Part shown: piece by piece, positions 55,693 to 64,000 of the stretch
Layout: each line of letters begins with the position of its first letter
Position numbering within the stretch: position 1 is the stretch's first letter
Translations under genes and position numbers: made by a program
The notes under the pieces: generated by a model
Database searches by the model: none
What the model saw: only the letters and a program-made list of their open reading frames with translations
Told to the model about the DNA's origin: nothing
Source of the DNA: an uncultured virus (IMG/VR IMGVR_UViG_3300033463_000084)
Taxonomy: Duplodnaviria; Heunggongvirae; Uroviricota; Caudoviricetes
DNA length: 64,000 nt
Strand: one strand, 5' to 3'
Virus record (IMG/VR): IMGVR_UViG_3300033463_000084

Positions 55693-55934
55693 AAAGTGAA
55701 ATGTTTTTACTGAAGATAATTGCCCGGCTGGGATTCTTCACCACGGTATTTGAAAGTGGCAGAAAAATGTCAATTATTTCAAGCGGAAAGCTGTTTGAGC
55801 TTGAATTTGACGATGATGGCGAATTTGTCGTTGGCCGTATCTACAAAGAGCGGCGCGGCAAGGAACATCTTGATAGAACAATAACCGACCCGTCCGAAAT
55901 GGTCGATGAAATTGCATACTGCAAAAAACGATAA
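55689..55934 (+). CDS. Hypothetical protein
   Basis: In-operon ORF. Confidence 0.6.
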   Translation: MKSEMFLLKIIARLGFFTTVFESGRKMSIISSGKLFELEFDDDGEFVVGRIYKERRGKEHLDRTITDPSEMVDEIAYCKKR

Positions 55935-55937
55935 ACT

Positions 55938-56141
55938 ATGGACACACAACAATTTATAAGCAAAGTTTGCGCTATGCGGAAATACCAAAAGGAGTTTTTC
56001 AAGACCCACGACGCAACGGCGCTTCGCCAGTCGAAAGCACTGGAAAAAGAGGTTGACGATATGATTGCCCAAAACGCGGCCACCCTGCACCAGCAACCGC
56101 GCCAGCCAAAACAACAATCACTTTTTCATTGGGAACGATAA
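55938..56141 (+). CDS. Hypothetical phage protein
   Basis: MRKYQKEFFKT...SKALEKEVD, a common Bacteroidota phage pattern. Confidence 0.7.
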   Translation: MDTQQFISKVCAMRKYQKEFFKTHDATALRQSKALEKEVDDMIAQNAATLHQQPRQPKQQSLFHWER

Positions 56142-56154
56142 AAAACACAAGACT

Positions 56155-56553
56155 ATGAAATGTAAAAAGACACACCAACAATGCCCGTATGCGCTGCCTA
56201 TTAGCGCACAAGACGGCTGGCGATTCATCGGTTGCTGCTATCCACCGTACAAGGGCAAACACGTTGACGAATTTAGCGAATGTCCGCGCCGGTTGGAGCA
56301 GAAGATGGACGAAGCAAACATTGACAAGTATTTGACCGATTTTTACCATTTGTCGCGAGCCGGCAAAGATATGCGCGAATCTTTGAGCGATTTGTTATGC
56401 CGCGCCATAAAAGCCAGCGGCGTAAAAGTTGCCGACGGACGATTCAAGAAAAGTATTTTGCTATCGGGTACGATAAGTTTTGAAATCGCAGTCAAGGACG
56501 ATGATATAACCGTTAGCACAACTGACGATAAAGTACAACTCACATTCTTATAA
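56155..56553 (+). CDS. Cys-containing hypothetical protein (start MKCKKTH)
   Basis: In-operon ORF. Confidence 0.65.
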   Translation: MKCKKTHQQCPYALPISAQDGWRFIGCCYPPYKGKHVDEFSECPRRLEQKMDEANIDKYLTDFYHLSRAGKDMRESLSDLLCRAIKASGVKVADGRFKKSILLSGTISFEIAVKDDDITVSTTDDKVQLTFL

Positions 56554-56575
56554 AACCACTAAAACACAAAGAATT

Positions 56576-56935
56576 ATGAAAGTAAAAGATTTAATGCTCG
56601 GTAATTATGTAACCGACCAAAAAGGCAAACCAGTAAGGGTTGCAAGTATCAACAGCAAAGGCATAATCTACGGCAAGGGCAATATGATGAACTTTCTCTC
56701 CGAAAACGAAATGAAGGAGCTGCCGCTGACCGCCGAAATCTTGGATAACACATTTGAACGGTGCGTAAATATGAGCTGGACGGTAACTGATAGGTTAAGA
56801 ATCTTCCATACACGCGGCTTTGCACTGTGCTTCTGCGAGGGCGCTTCAATCACAAGAATCTGCGAACTGGAAACCGTCAGCCGTCTGCAACTGGCGCTTA
56901 ACCTGCTTCAAATCGACACGGAAATTAAGTTATAA
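56576..56935 (+). CDS. Hypothetical phage protein
   Basis: DLMLGNYV...LPLTAEIL...VSRLQ, a common Bacteroidota phage pattern. Confidence 0.7.
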   Translation: MKVKDLMLGNYVTDQKGKPVRVASINSKGIIYGKGNMMNFLSENEMKELPLTAEILDNTFERCVNMSWTVTDRLRIFHTRGFALCFCEGASITRICELETVSRLQLALNLLQIDTEIKL

Positions 56936-56951
56936 CTAAACACACAAAACA

Positions 56952-57779
56952 ATGGACATTAAAGAATTACAACAATTAGGCGACACTATCCGCGAATACT
57001 ACGAAATTAAAAACAACATAACTGCCGACCGCTTCAAGTGGGTTGCAATGGCGCAAGGCGAGAGCAGCGAGAACGCGGAGCTGCTTTATTGCGTTTTCAA
57101 CGAACTGAAAGACGGCCTTTTCGCATTGTCGAACCAATCGCGGTATAACCCAGCCGACCGACGGCTGGGGTACGCCAAAAAGCTGACAAAAGCACTGGAG
57201 ATTGCGAAACAAACCTACCAGCTTTGCGGCAGCGGCAAAAAGTATTCGGGCGACATTCCGAATATCAACCGCGATGTGTATGAGCAAGACCGTCGGCGTT
57301 ACTTTATCCGCAGGGCTGGTGCGCTGCTTACGGTCGATGTTAATCTAACCAACTCGACCGACATAATCTGCCTTGCCCGACTTTTAGAATCGCTCGACCC
57401 CGAAAAACACTACGACGATGGAGTTATCGACCTAACGCACTATATCGACAAGATACGCACCGACAACGGCAAGGAAATACCGTACTATGAGGGCGACATT
57501 TTCTTCCTGCACTTGAATCCCTACGACAGCTTGTTCGACATTTGGCACACCGACGATTGTGGCGTGTTCTTGGCCACTGATAGAGGCTTTGTGAAGCTCC
57601 TATACACACAAGGGCGCGGCTACATTGACAAAGACGGCAGACCGAACATTGATGAGCAACACCATTATTCGGACTATATGCTCAACGGCAGCTCAAAGGT
57701 ATTCGACATTGTGGGCAACATTCACAAAGATATTTCAGTGCTGGTTGACAAACCGCAAACCGAAGAAGAAAGGAGGTAA
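56952..57779 (+). CDS. Protein with YopX-like C-terminus
   Basis: DNGKEIPYYEGDI...DIVGNIH. Confidence 0.6.
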   Translation: MDIKELQQLGDTIREYYEIKNNITADRFKWVAMAQGESSENAELLYCVFNELKDGLFALSNQSRYNPADRRLGYAKKLTKALEIAKQTYQLCGSGKKYSGDIPNINRDVYEQDRRRYFIRRAGALLTVDVNLTNSTDIICLARLLESLDPEKHYDDGVIDLTHYIDKIRTDNGKEIPYYEGDIFFLHLNPYDSLFDIWHTDDCGVFLATDRGFVKLLYTQGRGYIDKDGRPNIDEQHHYSDYMLNGSSKVFDIVGNIHKDISVLVDKPQTEEERR

Positions 57780-57781
57780 TT

Positions 57782-58003
57782 ATGGATAAACCTTTAACAA
57801 TCTCCGAGGCAAACCATATCAACAAACTGGCCGAAAACTTTTTGTGCGCGATGTTTAGCGACGGCAAGTGGTGGCAAATATATAACGAGGACAAGGAAAA
57901 CGCGGTGGAAACCGCGTTCAAGTATGCCGAATTGTTTTTTGAACGCGAGAAACAAACAAAAAAAAGGATAATAAGAAATGAAAAAGATAATGTTCAACGA
58001 TAA
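57782..58003 (+). CDS. Hypothetical protein
   Basis: In-operon ORF. Confidence 0.6.
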   Translation: MDKPLTISEANHINKLAENFLCAMFSDGKWWQIYNEDKENAVETAFKYAELFFEREKQTKKRIIRNEKDNVQR

Positions 58004-58520
58004 GTACGGCCTCACTGAAGCCGTAATGCAAGGCCGCAAGACAATGACGCGGAGAGTGATAGACTGTGCAACGTTGCACTGGTTACAAATGCAGTATGGA
58101 AACAATACACTTGACTGGCTGCGGCACGTACCATACATACCGAATCTAAATGTTGCCGTTGCTCAATCATACGCAAAACTAAACGCGCAAGGCTTGTTGC
58201 TCGACGATGGCAAGCAGACACTTGCCAATAGCAAAGGCTGGAATAACAAGATGTTTGTAAAAGCTGACCTTATGCCGCACCAAATTCGCATAATCAACGC
58301 GAGAGTAGAACACTTGCAGGATATTAGCAATGAAGATTGTTTGCGCGAGGGGATAAAGCAAATAAGCAGGGGCTATGTGTTCGACCCTATGCCAAATGGT
58401 GTTGACGATTACCACACCCCACGCGAAGCCTACGCCGCGCTAATTGACAAAATTGGCGGCAAAGGCACTTGGAAAAGAAACCCATACGTGTTTGTCTATG
58501 ATTTTAAACTTGTTAAATGA
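57978..58520 (+). CDS. ASCH-domain protein
   Basis: GRKTMTRR...VEHLQDISNEDCLREGI...WKRNPYVFVYDF. Confidence 0.8.
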   Translation: MKKIMFNDKYGLTEAVMQGRKTMTRRVIDCATLHWLQMQYGNNTLDWLRHVPYIPNLNVAVAQSYAKLNAQGLLLDDGKQTLANSKGWNNKMFVKADLMPHQIRIINARVEHLQDISNEDCLREGIKQISRGYVFDPMPNGVDDYHTPREAYAALIDKIGGKGTWKRNPYVFVYDFKLVK

Positions 58521-58527
58521 TTGAGTT

Positions 58528-58752
58528 ATGAGTATGAAAGATTTTTTAGGCACAATAGCCTCGTCGCTTTTCGGGTCGGCGGTCAACCGCCAGCCAGTTT
58601 TATACGGCGTACCGCCTCGCCGTGCAGTTGAACCGCAGCCAGTATGGAAGCGCAAAAAGTGTAAGAGCTGCCGATTGTTTAAGTCGAATGATTGCAGTGT
58701 GATTAACCCGATTGGTGCTGCTTGTGAGTTTTACAAACCTAAAAACAAATGA
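58528..58752 (+). CDS. Small Cys-rich protein
   Basis: WKRKKCKSCRLF...AACEFYKPKNK. Confidence 0.65.
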   Translation: MSMKDFLGTIASSLFGSAVNRQPVLYGVPPRRAVEPQPVWKRKKCKSCRLFKSNDCSVINPIGAACEFYKPKNK

Positions 58753-58755
58753 GTT

Positions 58756-58971
58756 ATGTTTTGCGATGAAATACCCTTGTTTGTGTCGCCACGCTATAAG
58801 CCGAAAGCGACCCACGCGCCCTCGCCAGCGCAGAAATGGCAGCGTAAAACGTGCAAAACGTGCGGGCTGTTTTGGAACAGCCACTGCCCATATTGCCACA
58901 GTGAGTTTGGCTTGTATCGAATCAAGACCACCCACGCCGCTTGTCCAAATTATGAATCTAAAAACAAGTAA
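58756..58971 (+). CDS. Small Cys-rich protein, paralog of 58528..58752
   Basis: WQRKTCKTCGLF...AACPNYESKNK. Confidence 0.65.
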   Translation: MFCDEIPLFVSPRYKPKATHAPSPAQKWQRKTCKTCGLFWNSHCPYCHSEFGLYRIKTTHAACPNYESKNK

Positions 58972-58974
58972 GTT

Positions 58975-59190
58975 ATGACTGACAAGAAATGCCCGAAATG
59001 TGGCTCTCGCAACTTTGGAATAACGGCAAAAGTAACGGCCTATATGCTATACACGGTTATTGACGGCCACGTTTACCCTAATGGTGCTGATTATGATGAT
59101 AGCGACACGCTTTCCGAAACGTGTATCTGCGACCAGTGCGGCCACCGCTGGCACCCGAAAAACTTTGATTACACGATTGATGAGGAATAA
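58975..59190 (+). CDS. Zn-ribbon protein
   Basis: CPKCGS and CDQCGHRW. Confidence 0.7.
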   Translation: MTDKKCPKCGSRNFGITAKVTAYMLYTVIDGHVYPNGADYDDSDTLSETCICDQCGHRWHPKNFDYTIDEE

Positions 59191-59223
59191 GGTGAGTTTT
59201 ACAAATCTAAAAACAAATGAGTT

Positions 59224-59550
59224 ATGACAAAAAATGAAGAAATAGTTACAAGTGTTGTTTGTGAAGGTTGCGAAATGCTCTCCAAAGATTGCTTTAAATC
59301 TTGTAGTGCATTTTGTTCCGCGTTGAAAGTTGCAAACTTTAAAGATGAGCAACTAAATCAACTACAAGACGAGCGTAAGACAATCAAGTTTTGGGTCAAT
59401 GGCGAAATAAAATATGGCGACCTTCGTCGCCCAGCGCAACTTTTGATTTCTTTCTCCAACGAGCCAACAGTGGAAGAAATATTAGAAGATGTGGCCGACG
59501 AATGGGGTGATTATCAAGATTATCTAATTGAATCAATTACAAGAATCTAA
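59224..59550 (+). CDS. Hypothetical protein
   Basis: In-operon ORF with an N-terminal Cys cluster. Confidence 0.6.
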   Translation: MTKNEEIVTSVVCEGCEMLSKDCFKSCSAFCSALKVANFKDEQLNQLQDERKTIKFWVNGEIKYGDLRRPAQLLISFSNEPTVEEILEDVADEWGDYQDYLIESITRI

Positions 59551-59561
59551 CCGAATCAGTT

Positions 59562-59864
59562 ATGGAAAAGACAAGTTACATTAAAGGCTTCGGCCACGTA
59601 AAATTCGGCGGTGCAATTCAGCTGTGCTTCGGCGTTAGCAAAAAGACCAACAATCCAGTCATAGGCTTTTCGGAGCTGCCTAACCAGCACGAAGCCGGTG
59701 CCGACATTACCGACGATGAGATTGCCCAAATTAAATACAAGGGTCAAATCGTCTTTGAGTTTGACGATGTGCGGTCGATTGATATTGTCCGCAGGGCGCT
59801 CGATAAGGTTGAAAGCTATTTGAAAGAGAAAAAGGAAGATGTTGAACTTTTTAATAAAGAATGA
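59562..59864 (+). CDS. Hypothetical protein
   Basis: In-operon ORF. Confidence 0.65.
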   Translation: MEKTSYIKGFGHVKFGGAIQLCFGVSKKTNNPVIGFSELPNQHEAGADITDDEIAQIKYKGQIVFEFDDVRSIDIVRRALDKVESYLKEKKEDVELFNKE

Positions 59865-59867
59865 GTT

Positions 59868-60014
59868 ATGAAAGATTTTATTCACTACCTACTATTCGAT
59901 AACGACATTGTGAAAGCGTGCATAGTGGTTGTTTTGTTTGGCCTTGCCTTATATGCTGCTGTAACGCTTGTAACGTTTGTGGAACAAGAAATTAACAAAA
60001 ACTCTAAAGAATAA
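59868..60014 (+). CDS. 48-aa single-TM peptide absent from the ORF track
   Basis: Own translation MKDFIHYLLFDNDIVKACIVVVLFGLALYAAVTLVTFVEQEINKNSKE. Confidence 0.5.
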   Translation: MKDFIHYLLFDNDIVKACIVVVLFGLALYAAVTLVTFVEQEINKNSKE

Positions 60015-60017
60015 ACT

Positions 60018-60287
60018 ATGACACTGGAATATAAAGCCGAAGCAAAAGCAAGGGAGTATCAAGTTGGCGATGTGTGCCGAGTATGGAACGGCGGTTGCCC
60101 TAATGTAAGAGACTCCGCGATGAGAATGTTTGAGTGGACTAAAGAGCAATACGAGAAAAAGCTCGACGAGGCCATACAGCTGGCTCACGAAGCCCTAAAA
60201 GGAACAAACAGCAGTCAGCACACAACCGATTTTAAAGAAAACGAATGGGCTGAAAAGCTGTTCAATTTTGTATCAAAAGAATTATAG
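60018..60287 (+). CDS. Hypothetical protein
   Basis: In-operon ORF. Confidence 0.6.
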   Translation: MTLEYKAEAKAREYQVGDVCRVWNGGCPNVRDSAMRMFEWTKEQYEKKLDEAIQLAHEALKGTNSSQHTTDFKENEWAEKLFNFVSKEL

Positions 60288-60289
60288 CG

Positions 60290-60667
60290 ATGAAAAAAAT
60301 TAAACTACCGCGCCGACTGAAAAAGGCGTTATCATACAGCTACATTCTGCACAGCACTAAACATCAATACACAAAGGCTGTTCGCAAGTTACTGAACGAT
60401 ACCACAACGGCAAACAAAACGCTGCGTTGGTTACGAATGGAAGATTTAAGCAGGCGTTTTAATGAATCGCCCTATCGTTTGTATGAAACGTTAGGCAGCG
60501 TAACACTCGAAGATTTGGCTGGTTGGGAATATATGAACAAACTTTTGCCGGTGGAGCGCCGTAAGTGGCAACTCCGCGAGAAATATGTCAAAATTCTTTT
60601 AGCCGGTCATATTGTGGAAGAAATGCACGGAATCAGCGGCGGCGAATTAAAAGAGTATGAAGATTAA
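60290..60667 (+). CDS. Hypothetical basic protein
   Basis: KIKLPRRLKKA N-terminus. Confidence 0.65.
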   Translation: MKKIKLPRRLKKALSYSYILHSTKHQYTKAVRKLLNDTTTANKTLRWLRMEDLSRRFNESPYRLYETLGSVTLEDLAGWEYMNKLLPVERRKWQLREKYVKILLAGHIVEEMHGISGGELKEYED

Positions 60668-61058
60668 AGAATTGAAAATACCGCTTTACGGCTACGATTT
60701 GGCCATTGTGCAGCTGGAAGCCAGCGACACCAGCCAGCAGATAGCCCGGTTTCTTCAAAGGCGAGGATTGGGCAAAGACGAACTCGACGAAGAGCTGTAC
60801 TACCACAACGGCGAGTTGTGTTTCCAAACCAACCGAATCGACGGCGGCATAACCCTATCCAATCCGAAGCTGAAGCAGATAATTGTGCTGTTTTATCCGT
60901 TTAGCAGCGAGATTGAACGGGAAAATGTCTTTTCGCACGAAAAACGGCACGTAGAAGATAGGTTGCTCCGTTACGCGCAAATCGACGATTACGAATCGGC
61001 TGGCCTGCTTGCCGGTTGGCTCGGTGTTAAGTTTTATGAGTTTAAGAAAACATTGTGA
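60657..61058 (+). CDS. Zincin-like metallopeptidase-fold protein
   Basis: SHEKRH (HExxH) with downstream ESAGLLAGW. Confidence 0.6.
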   Translation: MKIKELKIPLYGYDLAIVQLEASDTSQQIARFLQRRGLGKDELDEELYYHNGELCFQTNRIDGGITLSNPKLKQIIVLFYPFSSEIERENVFSHEKRHVEDRLLRYAQIDDYESAGLLAGWLGVKFYEFKKTL

Positions 61059-61066
61059 AATGTTTA

Positions 61067-61074
61067 TATATTTG
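61067..61074 (+). promoter_or_regulatory. Bacteroidota -7 promoter box of the TA cassette
   Basis: TATATTTG upstream of the ATG at 61100. Confidence 0.6.
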
Positions 61075-61099
61075 CAGAAATATTTTAAACGTAAAGGAT

Positions 61100-61276
61100 A
61101 TGGAAACGGCATCATTTTACACGGAAACACCAGTTTTGAAAGGTAAGGACGCAAAACGTTTCGTTAATAAAATGGCGAATGTCAAACAATTGCCACGAAA
61201 TGTAATAGATAGAATTGCCGCTAACGCTGCACAATTTGAAGGTCGAGAAATAAAAGAGGGAATTAGTATAATATGA
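61100..61276 (+). CDS. Putative antitoxin (start corrected to METASF)
   Basis: 58 aa, TPVLKGKDAKRF motif, overlaps the GNAT start (ATGA). Confidence 0.65.
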   Translation: METASFYTETPVLKGKDAKRFVNKMANVKQLPRNVIDRIAANAAQFEGREIKEGISII

Positions 61277-61866
61277 TTGGTTCAACTGATGATTTTGATT
61301 GGCGCTGGGGAGTGTTGACACCTAATTTTTCAATTGAAAATTTTAAGTGTTTGACATATAACCATCATTTTGAGAATTTCTTAAATTTGGAAGCCTTACA
61401 ATATCAAAATCAACACCTTTCCACCACAAGAGTAATTACAATAGACAATGTTGTAATTGCATATTTCACATTGGCAAACGACAGAATTTCTACTGATGAA
61501 ATTGAGAATCCTATAAGGAATCGAATCAATAGAAAAATACCACACGACAAACAACGACGAGGCTATCCCGCATTAAAATTATGTCAATTAGCTGTTGATG
61601 ATAATTATGCTTCAAATGGTTTTGGAAGTTTGATTATTAGTAAAATAATAAAAGACGCATACAATTTTGTAGGTTGCCGTTTTATAACCGTTGATGCCCT
61701 GCCTAAAGCCCGAAAATTTTATAAGAGAATGATGTTTGATTATTTATGTAATATTGACGAATCGAAGATACCCGAAGATGAAGAATTAGACGAATCCACA
61801 ACAAAAACATATCCAATGTATTTTGACCTTATGAGCGTAAGGTTTAAACCACGAAAGGCACTTTAA
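61273..61866 (+). CDS. GNAT acetyltransferase toxin (TacT/AtaT-like)
   Basis: IAYFTL, YPALKLCQLAVDDNYASNGFGS, GCRFITVDA, ARKFYKR; AT-rich cassette. Confidence 0.8.
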   Translation: MIGSTDDFDWRWGVLTPNFSIENFKCLTYNHHFENFLNLEALQYQNQHLSTTRVITIDNVVIAYFTLANDRISTDEIENPIRNRINRKIPHDKQRRGYPALKLCQLAVDDNYASNGFGSLIISKIIKDAYNFVGCRFITVDALPKARKFYKRMMFDYLCNIDESKIPEDEELDESTTKTYPMYFDLMSVRFKPRKAL

Positions 61867-61972
61867 TTAGGATAGAGCCGCCGTTAGGCCACGCGCCCAA
61901 GCCCAACGGCAAGCCGCAAGGCAAGGCAGACGGCGCACTTGATTATGCTGGTGTGTTCAGCCGTCCAGCAAT

Positions 61973-62006
61973 AACCGTCCAAAACGAACACGCAGGACGG
62001 TTTTTT
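61973..62006 (+). terminator. Intrinsic terminator of the early operon / TA cassette
   Basis: AACCGTCC...GGACGGTT followed by a T run. Confidence 0.7.
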
Positions 62007-62034
62007 ATTTTGTAGTGAACGTTCACTACAAAAT
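62007..62034. repeat. Perfect 28-bp palindrome
   Basis: ATTTTGTAGTGAAC GTTCACTACAAAAT, no spacer. Confidence 0.9.
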
Positions 62035-62192
62035 CTAACCGCCTAATAATCAGCCAGTCCCCAAAATTCCCCAATTTTCCCCAATCCGCACCCAAAAATT
62101 CCCAATTTGTAACCATTACAGCACTGGTTACACGCCCGAAAAAATTTTATTTCGGTTTGTATCATTCCAAAAAACATTTACATTGTAAGCGC

Positions 62193-62357
62193 GTAACGTT
62201 CTGAAAATCAACTGTTTTATATTGTAGTTAGTTGTAGTTTTCTGCACTTTCTTGTGTTTTGTTGTAGGATAAAAGCAGCCGTCCGATTTTCAGTTTTTAC
62301 GCCCTGCGCGGCAAAATCCGCGTTTTGAAACGATTTTTTAAATGTTTTGATGATATG
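62193..62357 (+). promoter_or_regulatory. Conserved upstream element, copy 2 (paralog of 9685-9847)
   Basis: Same ordered blocks as the reverse complement of 9685-9847, ending GATATG at the start codon in both copies. Confidence 0.75.
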
Positions 62358-64000
62358 AAACACTACGGGCATACTGGCAATTTAGGCCGAACCGAACCCG
62401 AATACTGGTCGGAAGAAGAATCAACTCCGTCTATCAACGGTCTTTTTGGAATCAACGATAATCTGCAATCAATCGAAATGCAGTTGCTCACGATTGACGA
62501 ACTGAAAGATTTTGGCGAAAAGATTGGCGGCTCGGCAAAAGACCGATATAACGGTCGCAAAGTAAAAGCCACTGGCGACGGCGAGAAACGCATAGACTTT
62601 AACCGCCTGCCCACCGACGATGAAGCCGCAACGCACTACGGCGATTTGAACAAAAAGTATAGACCCCAACTTTCCGATTTTGAGGAAATTGGATTGAACA
62701 AGGTTTGCGCTCGATTATACTTGTTAAAGTATTACAGTGAGTACGGAATGTCAAGCAGTAGTTTTAAAACAATGAAAGAAGTCGCTGCTGGCAGCTCAAC
62801 ACAAGAGGAAATGACGGAATATTTCCTGCTCAATCGCCGGTCGCTCAACTTTGTTGATAATTGGCACGGCTTTAAAATGAATGATGATAGCGTTTCGCCG
62901 TTCAGCCGCAACGATTACATATATGCCGCGCTCGGTATGAATCTTGAAAAAGAAATGGGCGAAGATTTTGATTGGCAGATTGTTGTCAAACAAAGCAAAC
63001 GCGGCAATCAAAAATTTAGGGGTTATATCGACTGGAGCATTTTTAAAAACGAGAAAGTATCAGTAGAAACAAAACAACGGGTATTCAACATTGAATATAG
63101 CAACACACGCGACGGCCAACCGATTTACCGCGTTATGTATTCAAACCGATTAGGCCACGCAATTTTCACGGAACAAAAGCACTTAACCGAAAACCGCAGT
63201 TCGTATCGGTTTGATACGCACTATGTGAAAGCTGGCGATTGTTATTCGTGGGATAACTGTTTTATCAACTACGCTGACCTTTATATGGCCGGACTAAAGA
63301 AATACCTTGAAGAATACGGCAACGAGGAAAAGCCGGAAAAATGGCTCTATGAAGATAAGGTTGGCGTATTCGCCAAAATACGCGATGGCAAAGACTGGCG
63401 CAACGGACGCAACGCCGAGCCAAAAGATTTTACCGACACATTTGGCTTCCGCGCCGTAGAGTTTGGCGAAACAATGCCACAAAAGGAGCGTTGGGAACAC
63501 CTTAACCGCACCTACGATTCATTTATGGACTTATGCGACATTCTCAATATCAAGCCCGAAAACATATCGCTGGGCAAAACGCTTGCAATTTGCTTCGGTT
63601 CACGCGGACGCGGAGGCAAACACGCGCCAGCAGCACACTACGAGCCAGTAAAAAAGGTTATCAATCTTACACGACGCAGTGGTGCTGGCTGTTTGGCTCA
63701 CGAATGGTTCCACGCTTTCGATAATCAAATCAACACCGACCGCCACCAATTCTCGTATGCGCCTAAAGACCGCAACCACTTGGAATACGGCACTGTTTCC
63801 GGCGCAACCGGCAACGACGATTTAACCGTTTATTTGGGATATTTCAACGACGCGACAAAAGACAAATGGTATCAGTCAAAATGTTTCAAATATTTCCTTT
63901 CTGCCGCCAAACTCGATGAGGAAGAAGGCCGCAGCAAGAAATACTGGTCAACGATTGTTGAGTGTGCGGCTCGCGGCTTTGAGTGGTACGTAATTAAGAA
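62355..64000 (+). CDS. Large polyvalent protein with LPD1/zincin-like domain, 3'-truncated and absent from the ORF track
   Basis: Own translation, open to the window end: DFGEKIGGSAKD, FGFRAVEFG, FGSRGRGG, AAHYEP, GAGCLAHEWFHAFDN (HEWFH 63699-63713), ECAARGFEWYV. Confidence 0.85.
   Translation, partial: MKHYGHTGNLGRTEPEYWSEEESTPSINGLFGINDNLQSIEMQLLTIDELKDFGEKIGGSAKDRYNGRKVKATGDGEKRIDFNRLPTDDEAATHYGDLNKKYRPQLSDFEEIGLNKVCARLYLLKYYSEYGMSSSSFKTMKEVAAGSSTQEEMTEYFLLNRRSLNFVDNWHGFKMNDDSVSPFSRNDYIYAALGMNLEKEMGEDFDWQIVVKQSKRGNQKFRGYIDWSIFKNEKVSVETKQRVFNIEYSNTRDGQPIYRVMYSNRLGHAIFTEQKHLTENRSSYRFDTHYVKAGDCYSWDNCFINYADLYMAGLKKYLEEYGNEEKPEKWLYEDKVGVFAKIRDGKDWRNGRNAEPKDFTDTFGFRAVEFGETMPQKERWEHLNRTYDSFMDLCDILNIKPENISLGKTLAICFGSRGRGGKHAPAAHYEPVKKVINLTRRSGAGCLAHEWFHAFDNQINTDRHQFSYAPKDRNHLEYGTVSGATGNDDLTVYLGYFNDATKDKWYQSKCFKYFLSAAKLDEEEGRSKKYWSTIVECAARGFEWYVIK

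Larger units (their letters stand above)
58724..59226 (+). repeat. 35-bp direct repeat at gene junctions (58724-58758 and 59192-59226)
   Basis: GTGAGTTTTACAAA(C/T)CTAAAAACAAATGAGTTATG, one mismatch. Confidence 0.85.
1..64000. mobile_element. Temperate phage/virus-like element of a Bacteroidota host, probably in excised or circular form and extending beyond the window
   Basis: Integrase, attP-like site, cI/cro-like switch, replication initiator and loader, endolysin, fibre proteins; no host housekeeping genes; both ends cut inside polyvalent-protein genes. Confidence 0.9.

Noticed and set aside
62363..63724. Short ORFs listed in the track near the right end
   Set aside because: They overlap the single long + strand frame from 62355, which the track missed because it has no stop codon in the window
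63960..64000. Direct circular join of base 64000 to base 1
   Set aside because: The frames happen to be compatible (a 1 in 3 chance), but there is no terminal overlap and both domains look incomplete at the edges, so sequence is probably missing
1..64000. Alternative genetic code or stop-codon readthrough
   Set aside because: Genes tile densely under the standard code with normal TAA/TGA/TAG stops

Overview
The whole 64 kb window reads as one temperate virus-like element of a Bacteroidota host (TAnnTTTG -7 promoter boxes, A-rich leaders without Shine-Dalgarno motifs, Bacteroidota-type tyrosine integrase). No host housekeeping genes are visible. An intact attP-like region with a tRNA-3'-like core (about 10.1-10.6 kb) lies between phage genes, and both window ends fall inside large polyvalent-protein genes, so this looks like an excised or circular genome longer than 64 kb. 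Layout: (i) 1-9.7 kb and 62.3-64 kb, polyvalent effector proteins (two ADP-ribosyltransferase-like domains, a CdiA-C-like nuclease, an LPD1/zincin domain), a RadA-like ATPase, basic proteins and a DUF5675 endolysin; (ii) attP and integrase; (iii) a 31.6 kb minus-strand morphogenesis operon (12.2-43.9 kb) with fibre/adhesin proteins, many single-TM proteins, an annexin-like protein, SH3b proteins, an 11-mer-repeat protein, small beta-rich capsid candidates and a transglutaminase-like Cys protease; (iv) a cI/cro-like switch and an early/replication operon (DUF6291-like initiator with iterons, DnaC-like loader, DUF2829/Tad2-like, ASCH, GNAT toxin-antitoxin pair). I recognise no terminase, portal, HK97 capsid or tail genes. 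Main hypothesis: a tailless, internal-membrane temperate virus whose structural and cargo proteins are matured at recurring hydrophobic-x-Gly sites by its own protease, and whose effector cargo carries a shared KLLKLKAKAAKAKL tag. All family assignments come from motif recognition by eye; no database search was run.
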